Shown: piece by piece, positions 28,252-36,985 of the stretch
Position numbering within the stretch: position 1 is the stretch's first letter
Layout of the letters: each line of letters starts with the position of its first letter
Source of the DNA: an uncultured Actinomycetota bacterium
GTDB taxonomy: Bacteria; Actinomycetota; Acidimicrobiia; Spongiisociales; UBA5794
Length of the DNA: 64,000 nt
Direction: 5' to 3'
Assembly: GCA_963836085.1 (NCBI GenBank)
Contig: CAWIHT010000012.1
Span: 77,449-141,448, forward strand
Position numbers and translations under genes: made by a program
The notes under the pieces: model-generated
The model's input: the letters and a program-made list of their open reading frames with translations, nothing else
Told to the model about the DNA's origin: nothing
The model's database searches: none

Positions 28252-28462
28252 GGCCGCCCCAGATCCCGTAGGGCTCCCTGATGGTCATGGCGTACTCGAG
28301 ACACTCGTCGCCAACGGGGCAGATGCGGCAGATCGACTTTGCCCGGATCTCTCGACGCTCTCGCTCTTCTTTGCGTTCGGTGACGTTGGGGGGAAAGAAC
28401 AGATGGGAATGGCTGCCGCTGCACGACGCAACGGGCTGCCAAGAACGATCGAGCACTATCAC
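28205..28462 (-). CDS. whiB: WhiB family (Wbl) transcriptional regulator
   Basis: Four Cys (C..C..C...C), GIWGG turn, basic C-terminus. 85 aa. Confidence 0.85.
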   Translation of the reverse strand: MIVLDRSWQPVASCSGSHSHLFFPPNVTERKEERERREIRAKSICRICPVGDECLEYAMTIREPYGIWGGLTESERRQRNLRAAN

Positions 28463-28608
28463 GGTTTATGCCCTCCACAAGCTCGAAAACCGAAGCCTCG
28501 GCGAATGTAGGAACCAGCAGACGATGACGCCAGGAAAATATTGTCAAACCTAGGTGATTTCTTTTCCCCACTTTTCGCGCTCTTACGCGCGAGTGCGGGC
28601 CGATTCCG

Positions 28609-29919
28609 TCAGTCGACGACGGCGGGGACGATATCAAGGACGATTCCATCGACCCCCGTGACTTCGACATCGTCGCCGGCCCGGATCCCGGCCTCACGAT
28701 GCGAGCGGCCCCTCCACCGGGCCTCATCGACGACCACGATGCCCTCAGGATCGAATGATGTCTCGGCAGTACCGGTCCTCCCGACGAGGTTCTCCCTACC
28801 GATCGTGGTCGTTGAGAAACGGGACCGCACGATCGTCGTCAGTGCCACACCGTAGAAGAGCGCCATGCCGACAACGACGACGAGCACGACCCACCACGTC
28901 GGAGCCATCTGCGGTCGCGCTGACGTAAACGTCAGACCTCCTGAGATGAGCGCGACGGTCCCGAGGATGCTGCGCCACCCAAGGCGGATCCTCTGGAAGT
29001 CCCATGTGTAGAGGAACAGTCCGGCCACAACGACTGCGACCGACGGCCAAGACATCGGGAGCGTTGCGAGGCCGTATCCCGCCAGGATGAACGACACCAC
29101 CGACGCAACGGCGGCCACACCTGCTCCTGCGGCGTAGAACTCGAACGTGGCAGCGGCGATCGCCGCCACCAGGAAGAAGAACGCGGCCTCCGGCTGCAAA
29201 GCGAGTCGGAGGAATCGGTCCCAGAGGTCCGGCTTCATGAACTGGACCACACGAGACGTCGTTGCCACCTCGGTCCCGTCATCGAGCGTGACGAGTTCTG
29301 CGGTCTCGATCTCAAACGTCACGTCGCCCCGGGCAACCACCGCTCCGTCGAGTCCGACGATCAGTTGGCCGATCGCCGGGACCACAACGTCGACGTATCC
29401 GGGTATGGCGCGGTCGACCACCACCGACTCGGCCCCCAGGAGTGCGACCGAGGCCTCGGCTCGAGCCGCTCGTTCCTCAGGGGTCGAGCCGGGGAATCGC
29501 TCTGGGTCCACCGAGATGGGCTGCGAGTCCGTCATGACGGCCGGATCGAGGTATCCGACCCGCGTCCCGGGGGCGGCCGCTCCCCGATCGGCCCGGTTGA
29601 GGAGGCTCCCGACACCGCCGTACGCGACCGCCGGTCTGGCTCCGACCCAAACGACGACCGGGGCCCGGGCCTCGTCCATGGCGGCGAGCAGTGGGTCGAT
29701 GTCGCCGGAGGCAACTCCCGGTGCGTCGACCTGCAGGATGAACAGGTGGGCGGGCGTCTCCTGCAGTGTCTGCACCGCGAAGTCCATCAGGCGTTGGTCA
29801 AACGCCTTCTTGAGGTCGACCACGACCACTGGCAAGTCATCGTCCTGGGCGGTCGCCGTCCCGGCAAACGCCATGATGGCGATACCCAGAAGCAGCAGCG
29901 TGAAGATCCGGCGAAACAC
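28609..29919 (-). CDS. NfeD family membrane-bound ClpP-class serine protease (long form)
   Basis: Signal/TM, ClpP-like domain, several TMs, C-terminal OB-fold (NfeD) domain. 436 aa. Confidence 0.85.
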   Translation of the reverse strand: MFRRIFTLLLLGIAIMAFAGTATAQDDDLPVVVVDLKKAFDQRLMDFAVQTLQETPAHLFILQVDAPGVASGDIDPLLAAMDEARAPVVVWVGARPAVAYGGVGSLLNRADRGAAAPGTRVGYLDPAVMTDSQPISVDPERFPGSTPEERAARAEASVALLGAESVVVDRAIPGYVDVVVPAIGQLIVGLDGAVVARGDVTFEIETAELVTLDDGTEVATTSRVVQFMKPDLWDRFLRLALQPEAAFFFLVAAIAAATFEFYAAGAGVAAVASVVSFILAGYGLATLPMSWPSVAVVVAGLFLYTWDFQRIRLGWRSILGTVALISGGLTFTSARPQMAPTWWVVLVVVVGMALFYGVALTTIVRSRFSTTTIGRENLVGRTGTAETSFDPEGIVVVDEARWRGRSHREAGIRAGDDVEVTGVDGIVLDIVPAVVD

Positions 29920-30014
29920 CCGGCGATGTTACGGCCACTCTCAGCCCAAGACACGAGGCCATTCCCCTCCTCCAACGACCGGCGACCGGCGACCGGCGAC
30001 TACTCTTCCCTCCC

Positions 30015-30398
30015 ATGTCACGAGTACTCGTTGTTGCCGACGATCCCTGGGTGGTGAGCGAAGTCCACGCCGCTCTCAGCATCGGGGCGAATGAACTGAT
30101 CGACCACGCTGATCCATCCACCGCTGCGGTGGCGGCCGCCGACGAGTCGGTGGATGCCGCCGTCGTCGATTTGCAGGTTGCCTCGATGGGCGGGATGGCG
30201 ATCGTCCGATCGATCCGTGACAGCAAGAGCCCGGTACCGACAGTGCTGCTGCTCGACCGGGACGCCGATGCCTTCCTTGCCGGACGATCAGGGGCGAGCG
30301 CGTGGGTGGTCAAACCGTTCACAGCATCTGACCTTCGTTCCGCCGTCGCCACGGTCACCGCCGTGCCGGAGGGCGATGACGACTCCGGAGCGGTGTGA
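30015..30398 (+). CDS. Single-domain response regulator (CheY-like receiver only)
   Basis: DD pair, phospho-acceptor Asp (VVDLQ), VKPF lysine. No output domain. Confidence 0.75.
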   Translation: MSRVLVVADDPWVVSEVHAALSIGANELIDHADPSTAAVAAADESVDAAVVDLQVASMGGMAIVRSIRDSKSPVPTVLLLDRDADAFLAGRSGASAWVVKPFTASDLRSAVATVTAVPEGDDDSGAV

Positions 30399-30444
30399 AG
30401 GAGCCTGCTGAACCTCCGAGTATCAGCACGACCGGGGCTTCACG

Positions 30445-31692
30445 GTGAGCACCGAGCAGGTCATCTACCTCGCGATCCTTGCGGCGTGCACAGTTGGTTC
30501 CGGGTTCTTCTCCGGGTCAGAGACCGCCCTCATCGGCATATCGAAGGAGCGGGTCCACCAACTCGCGTCAGAGAGCAAGGCCGGGCGTCGCGTCGAACAA
30601 CTGATCTCCGATCCCGAACGGATGCTGTCCACGCTCCTGGTGGCAAACAACGTCGTCAACGTACTCGCGGCTGCGGTCGCCACGACGTTGTTCATCGGCC
30701 TGGTCGGAGAGCAGTGGGGGCCGTGGCTCGCAACCGCTGCCGTTACAACCGTGATCCTCATCTTCGGCGAGATCACACCGAAGACGCTGGCCACCCGCTA
30801 CCCAGAACGGTTCGCGCTTGCCGTGGCACCGTCGATCTGGCAACTCTCCCGCGTGCTCGCCCCGGTGGCATCGTTCTTCGGAGCCATCACCCGCGGAATC
30901 CTTCGACTGCTGCAGGTCCCAATTCGAGGCAACTCGGACGCCGTCACCGATGCCGACATCCGGGCCCTCGCCGAGTTGGGGCACCGCGACGGCCAGATTG
31001 AAGAGGTCGAGCGCGAGATCATCGACGCGCTCTTCGACCTGGCGGATCGTCCGATCCGGGAGGTCATGACACCGAGGGTCGACATCGTCGCACTGACGGA
31101 TCCGGTCTCGATGGACGAAGTGCGCGGCGCCGTTGCGGCGACCGGTCATTCCCGTTTCCCGGTGACCCGGGGCGACCTCGACGACCTGGTGGGCATGCTG
31201 TTCGTGAAGGATCTCCTCCAGCGCACGACCGACGCCTCGTCAGACGACATCGTGGCGCTGCTCCGCTATCCCCAGTTCATGCCGGAGACGGCAACGATCC
31301 TCGACGCCCTCACCGAGATGCGACAGCGCCGGTTCGCGATCGCGTGTGTCGTCGACGAACACGGCGGAGTCGAGGGGATCATCACCGCGAAGGACCTCCT
31401 CGCCGAACTCGTCGGCGAACTTCAGGACGAATACGACCCCGGCGTGGCGTCGGTCGTTCGGATCGGTCCGCATCAGTGGGTGGCCGACGGACGGCTACCG
31501 ATCGAGGACCTCGCATCGGAACTCGACCGCGAACTCCCGGGTGGGCCGTACAGCACGGTCGCGGGTTTCTTCATGGCAATCGCGGGCCATGTCCCCGACG
31601 AGGGAGACTCGATCGAAGTCGACGGGATCCGCCTCACGGTCCTCGACATGGAACGCAACCGGGTCGACCGAATCGACGTCTCGATCATCTGA
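30445..31692 (+). CDS. CNNM/HlyC-CorC family transporter (DUF21 - CBS pair - CorC_HlyC)
   Basis: DUF21 TM domain, two CBS motifs, C-terminal CorC/HlyC domain. GTG start. Confidence 0.88.
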   Translation: MSTEQVIYLAILAACTVGSGFFSGSETALIGISKERVHQLASESKAGRRVEQLISDPERMLSTLLVANNVVNVLAAAVATTLFIGLVGEQWGPWLATAAVTTVILIFGEITPKTLATRYPERFALAVAPSIWQLSRVLAPVASFFGAITRGILRLLQVPIRGNSDAVTDADIRALAELGHRDGQIEEVEREIIDALFDLADRPIREVMTPRVDIVALTDPVSMDEVRGAVAATGHSRFPVTRGDLDDLVGMLFVKDLLQRTTDASSDDIVALLRYPQFMPETATILDALTEMRQRRFAIACVVDEHGGVEGIITAKDLLAELVGELQDEYDPGVASVVRIGPHQWVADGRLPIEDLASELDRELPGGPYSTVAGFFMAIAGHVPDEGDSIEVDGIRLTVLDMERNRVDRIDVSII

Positions 31693-31732
31693 CCGAACGC
31701 CACAGCAGGAACAGGGGTACAATCCCCGCATT

Positions 31733-31806
31733 CGGGACGTAGCGCAGCTTGGTAGCGCGCATCGTTCGGGACGATGAGGTCGCCGGTTCAAATCCGGCCG
31801 TCCCGA
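31733..31806 (+). tRNA. tRNA-Pro (anticodon CGG)
   Basis: Manual fold. 7-bp acceptor, U8, GCGC/GCGC D-stem, 5-bp anticodon stem with loop TTCGGGA (anticodon CGG), GCCGG/CCGGC T-stem, TTCAAAT T-loop, discriminator A. 74 nt. Confidence 0.9.
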
Positions 31807-31926
31807 CTCATCGAGACCCCGCCCTCGTGGCGGGGTTTCGCATTTCCGCTCCCAAGAACGCAGCGAACCCAGGGTTCTCTGCATCGCATATGGCGCTGTC
31901 AGCCCGCCGAATGGGGCCGGGTTCGG

Positions 31927-32958
31927 CTACCGATCGAGCAGCAACTCCGCCAATTGAACGGCGTTGAGCGCGGCACCCTTGCGCAGGTTGTCGGCAACGA
32001 CCCAGAGGCTGATCCCGCCCCGATCCCCGACTGTCTCACGCACACGACCGATGAGCACATCGTCGATACCGGCCGAGTCGAGCGGTGTTGGAACGTGATC
32101 GTCCGTCCAGATTTGCGCACCCGGAGCAGCAGCGAGGATCTCCTTCGCCTCATCGAGCGGCAGCGGACGGTTGAAGAACATCGTCGCAGCAATGCCGTGC
32201 CCGACCATCGTCGGGACACGTACACAGGTTGGCTCGACTTTGATCAGCGGAGCCTCAAGTATCTTCCGTGTCTCGTGGACGAGTTTCCACTCTTCGTCCG
32301 TGTACCCCTCTTCGGTGATGGCACCGGCCATCGGAAGCACGTTGTAGGCGATGGGGCGTTGGTAGAGATCGCCACCCGGGTCTTCCCAACCGCCATGCTG
32401 GAGCACATCCCGATCGCCCCGGAACCAGTCGATCTCCCGCTCGAGCGTGGCCATCCCTTGTTGTCCCGACCCACCTGTCGCCTGGTACGACGACGCGACC
32501 ATCCGATCAATCCCTGCCGCTTTGTGGAGCGGTCCCGCGGCCATCATCAGCGCCATCGTGGTGCAGTTGGGATTGGCAACGATGCCCTGGTGAGTCTCGA
32601 TCGCGGCGTCGTTCACTTCGGCGACGACGAGCGGCACGCTGGGGTCCATTCGGAATGCCGACGAGTTGTCGACGACGGTTGCGCCGGCCTCGACGAAGCG
32701 GGGAGCGTACTCCTTCGATCGGCCACCGCCGGCCGAGAAGAGGGCGATGTCGATCCCGGTTGGGTCCGTGGTGGCCAGGTCCTCGATCGTCACGGGTCCC
32801 CACGGGGTCTCTGCAACGGTCCCGGCAGACCGTTCAGAGGCGAGCAGTCGGACACTTCCAACCGGATAGTCGCGCTCGGCGAGGATGGCCTGCATCGTTC
32901 GACCGACCGCCCCGGTGGCACCGACAACCGCGACCGTTGGCGACGAGAACCGTTTCAT
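31927..32958 (-). CDS. asd: Aspartate-semialdehyde dehydrogenase
   Basis: VAVVGATGAVG N-terminus, catalytic Cys region (NPNCTT). 343 aa. Confidence 0.93.
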   Translation of the reverse strand: MKRFSSPTVAVVGATGAVGRTMQAILAERDYPVGSVRLLASERSAGTVAETPWGPVTIEDLATTDPTGIDIALFSAGGGRSKEYAPRFVEAGATVVDNSSAFRMDPSVPLVVAEVNDAAIETHQGIVANPNCTTMALMMAAGPLHKAAGIDRMVASSYQATGGSGQQGMATLEREIDWFRGDRDVLQHGGWEDPGGDLYQRPIAYNVLPMAGAITEEGYTDEEWKLVHETRKILEAPLIKVEPTCVRVPTMVGHGIAATMFFNRPLPLDEAKEILAAAPGAQIWTDDHVPTPLDSAGIDDVLIGRVRETVGDRGGISLWVVADNLRKGAALNAVQLAELLLDR

Positions 32959-34169
32959 GACTCCTCTCCGATCAGACCCCGGTGGAGGGCTTCAACGGCC
33001 GCCTGGGTGTCGTCGCCGCGGACGACACAACTGATGCGGATGGTCGAGGTTGAGATCATCTCGATGTTCACGCCGGCGTCCGAGAGGATGCGGAACATCG
33101 TCGCCGCTACGCCCGACTCCGACTTCATCCCGGCCCCGACGACCGTGATCTTCGCGATATCCGGATCGAGATCGACGCCGTTGGCTCCGATTTCGGCCGC
33201 TACCCGCTCTGCAACCTCGACGGCGGTTGCCGCGGAACTCTCCGGCACCGTGAACGAGATATCCGTCACGCCCTGGCTCGAGATGTTCTGGACGATCATG
33301 TCGACGTTGACACCGGCGACGCCCATCGGTTCGAACACGGCCGCCGCAATCCCGGGTTGGTCCGGAACTCCCTTGACGGTCAGCTTGGCCTCGGAGTCGT
33401 CGTGAGCGATCCCGCGGATGATCGGTTCTTCCATCGTCTCCTCCTTGACCCAGGTTCCTTCTTGGTCGTGGAACGACGACCGAACGTGGATGGGAATGTT
33501 GTAGCGAATCCCGAACTCGACGCTTCGGGCCATGAGAACGCCGGCCCCGGCGTTGGCAAGTTCGAGCATCTCGGTGAACGTCACTTCGTCGAGCCTTCTG
33601 GCAGTCGGGACGACCCTCGGGTCAGCCGTGAACACGCCATCGACATCGGTGTAGATCTCGCAGAGGTCGGCGCCGAGCGAGGCGGCGAGTGCTACGGCTG
33701 TGGCATCGGAGCCTCCCCGGCCGAGCGTCGTGACATCCTTGGAGTCGGGGCTGACCCCCTGGAATCCAGCGACGATCGCGACTTTGCCCTCATCGAGGCA
33801 CTCCTGGACTCGGAACGCGCGGATGTCGAGGATTTCAGCACGGCCGTGGTCGGCCGTCGTGAGGATCCCGGCTTGGGAACCGGTGAAGCTGACGGCGGGT
33901 ACGTCGTGCGCCTCGATCGCCATGGCCACGAGCGCCATCGAGATTCGTTCGCCTGCGGTGAGGAGCATGTCCATCTCGCGGGGGTGCGGGGTCTCCGAGA
34001 TCTGGGTTGCGAGGTCGATGAGGGCGTCCGTTGACTTGCCCATCGCCGAGACGACGACCACCACCTCGTTGCCGGCCCGATAGGTCTCGACAACCCTGCG
34101 AGCCACGTTCCGGATTCGATCTGCATCGGCGAGCGAGGTGCCGCCGAACTTCTGTACCACGAGTGCCAT
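32955..34169 (-). CDS. lysC: Aspartate kinase (with ACT domains)
   Basis: MALVVQKFGGTSLADADRIRNVARRV, C-terminal tandem ACT domains. ATGA overlap with asd. Confidence 0.93.
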   Translation of the reverse strand: MALVVQKFGGTSLADADRIRNVARRVVETYRAGNEVVVVVSAMGKSTDALIDLATQISETPHPREMDMLLTAGERISMALVAMAIEAHDVPAVSFTGSQAGILTTADHGRAEILDIRAFRVQECLDEGKVAIVAGFQGVSPDSKDVTTLGRGGSDATAVALAASLGADLCEIYTDVDGVFTADPRVVPTARRLDEVTFTEMLELANAGAGVLMARSVEFGIRYNIPIHVRSSFHDQEGTWVKEETMEEPIIRGIAHDDSEAKLTVKGVPDQPGIAAAVFEPMGVAGVNVDMIVQNISSQGVTDISFTVPESSAATAVEVAERVAAEIGANGVDLDPDIAKITVVGAGMKSESGVAATMFRILSDAGVNIEMISTSTIRISCVVRGDDTQAAVEALHRGLIGEES

Positions 34170-34337
34170 GTGGCGATTGAGTGTAGGAGCAGCCGGGACG
34201 TCTGCTGCGGCCCTCTGAGGGACCGGCGCATCACACCATTCCACGGACTGACGGCATCATATGCGAGGTGGAGAACCCTGGATTCGCGGCGTTAGATATC
34301 TGGGGACTGGACGTAGCATCCCCGGCTGTGCCAAATC

Positions 34338-35062
34338 GAACCACCCTCGCTATTGCCATCGCCGCCACCGTCGTCCTCGCCGCGTGCGGCAGTTCCGAGA
34401 CCGAGACCACCTCGACGACGGCAGCGACCACCACGTTGCCCGAGGTGGCGCTCGACGTGGTTCCGCGCACCTACGCGGAGTTCCGCGCCCAGCCGACGGC
34501 GTGCGGGGCTGAGGCGCCGGCCGAGGTCACCCCCATGCAGTTCGACGCGCCGGGTGACGTTGGTATCAATGCGGACCAGCCACTCGACGTGATCATGTCG
34601 ACGACGTGCGGCGACATCGAGATCGAACTCGACCCGTCCCTGGCGCCAGAGACCGTCAATTCATTCATGTTCCTCGCAGCCGAGGGATACTTCGACGGGA
34701 TCGCCTTCCACCGGGTAATCCCCGGCTTCGTGGTCCAGGGCGGAGACCAGACTGCCTCCGGAGTGGGTGGTCCCGGCTATACGATTCCCGATGAGCCCCC
34801 GCCAACCGGTGTTGGCTATGAGCGCGGCACCCTCGCCATGGCGAACGCCGGTCCGGGCACGACCGGGAGCCAGTTCTTCCTCGTCCTCGAAGATGTCGAC
34901 CTCCCCCCGTCCTACAGCATCTTCGGGACGGTCACCGAGGGTCTCGACGTCCTCAACCTTCTTCAGGGCGTCCCGCTCGGTCAAGCCGCCGGCAGACCCG
35001 ATCCAACGCCGAGCACCCCGCTCGAGTCGATCTACATCAACAGCATCAGAATCAAACCGTGA
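34338..35062 (+). CDS. Cyclophilin-type peptidyl-prolyl cis-trans isomerase, lipoprotein
   Basis: Lipobox VVLAAC, Thr-rich linker, cyclophilin core (FHRVIPGFVVQGGD...MANAGPGTTGSQFF). GTG start at 34338 inferred. Confidence 0.8.
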
Positions 35063-35067
35063 CGCGT

Positions 35068-35096
35068 GAAGGGGGAGCACATCGCACTCCCCCTTC
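35068..35096. terminator. Bidirectional hairpin between convergent genes
   Basis: gaaggggga / tcccccttc perfect 9-bp stem, 11-nt loop. Confidence 0.45.
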
Positions 35097-35125
35097 CACA
35101 CTCTTGACTTGGTCTGGCGTCCGGC

Positions 35126-35788
35126 TCAGCTGACCTGAGAATCGTTCCGCGGCGCCAAGTACTTCGCCCACCACTTCTTTGCGGTGTCGATCCCGCCGAC
35201 GCCGAAGGCGATCGCGAAGGCGATGCCGAGAGCAGCCGTCAGAATCTTCGTGATGTCCGCCGCGAAGTTGATCTTGAGCAGATCCATCGCGAACAGAACG
35301 CCGAAGAGGACGATGAGGATCTGGACGGCCCACGTCAGCCACGGCACATCCTTCTCCTGAGCGAACGGTCGCACGAGGCTGGCCGTCCAACTCGCGACCG
35401 CGGCAGCGATCACCACGATGACTGCGGCCACGAGCACGATCGGAATCCAGGCCAGGAACCGGACGAGGAGCACCTCGAGGGTTTGGATCTGGAGCACCCG
35501 GACCACCATGAGCCACAACACCACGACGAGGTAGGCGTAGGCGATGGTGGCGGTGATTCCCGCAGCCGTCTGGTCCGTACCGGCGAGGGCATTCGTGATG
35601 CCCGCCTTGTCGAAGATGGACTGCATGAAGCTCCAGTTCAGGAACTTCTCGATGAGTTTGCGGACCCATTTGAGGATCCAGCGGCCGATGATGAGTATCA
35701 GCAGCGCAACAATGATGCGCGGCAACCACTCAGCGGTCAGCTGCCCAAGGGTCTCAAACTCGGCGACGAGTTGGTCCCAAAAGGACAT
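35126..35788 (-). CDS. Hypothetical integral membrane protein (MscS-like TM region, no beta domain)
   Basis: ATG at 35788 preceded by AAGGAG. 5-6 TM helices. Confidence 0.6.
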   Translation of the reverse strand: MSFWDQLVAEFETLGQLTAEWLPRIIVALLILIIGRWILKWVRKLIEKFLNWSFMQSIFDKAGITNALAGTDQTAAGITATIAYAYLVVVLWLMVVRVLQIQTLEVLLVRFLAWIPIVLVAAVIVVIAAAVASWTASLVRPFAQEKDVPWLTWAVQILIVLFGVLFAMDLLKINFAADITKILTAALGIAFAIAFGVGGIDTAKKWWAKYLAPRNDSQVS

Positions 35789-35915
35789 AGTGCTCCACTC
35801 CTTTGTGTGCGTGTGTCTTGCCGAGCGAGAATAGCTTCGTGCCTGCAGCCTCTGCAGGACCAGCCGGGAATACACCGGATTTCCATCGACCGTCACGTCC
35901 GGTAGCCTTCCAGCC

Positions 35916-36083
35916 ATGGCAACCGACAAGAGAGACAGACAACGAGCGAATCGCGCGGAGAAGCAGAAGGCTGAAGCGAAGGTTCAGCGGCGCAAGCACT
36001 ACTTGGCTCTGGCGAAGAAGTACGGCCTCTACGCGCTCCTCATCGTCGTTGCGCTCCTAGTGATCACGTTCGTCACGTCCTGA
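35916..36083 (+). CDS. Small (55 aa) tail-anchored membrane protein candidate, not in the ORF track
   Basis: MATDKRDRQRANRAEKQKAEAKVQRRKHYLALAKKYGLYALLIVVALLVITFVTS. Basic N-terminus, single C-terminal TM, GC3-rich codons. Confidence 0.4.
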   Translation: MATDKRDRQRANRAEKQKAEAKVQRRKHYLALAKKYGLYALLIVVALLVITFVTS

Positions 36084-36087
36084 ACGC

Positions 36088-36927
36088 GTGGCCGTCGACC
36101 TCCACCTCCATTCGTCGGCCTCCGACGGGACCGAGCCACCCGACGTCGTCGTAGCCAAGGCGTCAGCACTCGGCCTCACGGCGATCGCGCTCACCGATCA
36201 CGACACACTCTCGGGAATCCCCGCGGCCCGGGCGGCTGCGGCCCATCACACCATCGACCTCATTTCCGGTGTCGAACTGTCGGTCGACCACGCCGGGTTG
36301 AAGATCCACATGCTGGCCTACTTCGTTGAACCCGTGCCGGGACCGCTCCAGGACCGGCTCGGAGCGCTCCGCTCCGGGCGGGACACGAGGAATGTGATCA
36401 TTGTCCAGCGACTCAACGACCTCGGCTACCCCATCACGATGGAGGATGTCCTGCGCCATGCCGGAGGCGATGCGGTCGGACGCCCGCATATCGCAGACGC
36501 CCTCGTCGAAGCGGGGTTGATCGCCAGCCGATCCGAGGCGTTCTCCGGTCTTCTCTCGGACGGCGGTCGGGCGTATGTCGAACGGGAACGCCTCACCGCA
36601 ACCGAGGCCATCGACCTGACGATCCGGTCCGGCGGCGTGAACTCGATCGCCCACCCGCTCACCATCAACGCCGACGCCGCGACACTTCGGTCGGTGCTCC
36701 GCGATCTTCGCGACGAGGGCCTTGCAGGACTCGAGGCCCACTACTCGGAATACTCCCCATCGATCAGAGGTCAGCTTGCAGGCGTTGCCGCCAATCTTGG
36801 CCTCGTCGCCACCGGCGGTTCGGACTATCACGGGGCCGGGAAACCGGGTCTGGAGATCGGGACCGGACGCGGAGACCTCGTCATTCCTGCGACGGCGCTC
36901 GAAGGACTCCAACAGCGCCGCCCATAA
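36088..36927 (+). CDS. PHP domain phosphoesterase (TrpH/YciV-like)
   Basis: VDLHLHSSASDG...LTDHDT PHP motifs. GTG start. Confidence 0.8.
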   Translation: MAVDLHLHSSASDGTEPPDVVVAKASALGLTAIALTDHDTLSGIPAARAAAAHHTIDLISGVELSVDHAGLKIHMLAYFVEPVPGPLQDRLGALRSGRDTRNVIIVQRLNDLGYPITMEDVLRHAGGDAVGRPHIADALVEAGLIASRSEAFSGLLSDGGRAYVERERLTATEAIDLTIRSGGVNSIAHPLTINADAATLRSVLRDLRDEGLAGLEAHYSEYSPSIRGQLAGVAANLGLVATGGSDYHGAGKPGLEIGTGRGDLVIPATALEGLQQRRP

Positions 36928-36985
36928 TCGGTCAACACCGAGCATCAACCGTCCGATACCGAATTGGGGAATTGAAAGGACACGT

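Noticed and set aside
28463-28608. Small CGCGC/GCGCG hairpin and AT-richer stretch between nfeD and whiB, considered as a terminator
   Set aside because: The stem is only 5 bp and flanking U/A tracts are on the wrong side for either strand. More likely part of the complex whiB promoter.
31733-31806. Checked whether the only tRNA in the window could be selC (tRNA-Sec), given the adjacent selAB
   Set aside because: Canonical 74-nt cloverleaf with a 5-nt variable loop and anticodon CGG. This is tRNA-Pro, not the long-variable-arm UCA tRNA-Sec.
34170-34337. Possible lysine riboswitch in the 5' leader of lysC (ask)
   Set aside because: No L-box-like conserved helices recognisable by eye, and Actinomycetota generally lack L-box control of lysC. 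I left it unannotated.
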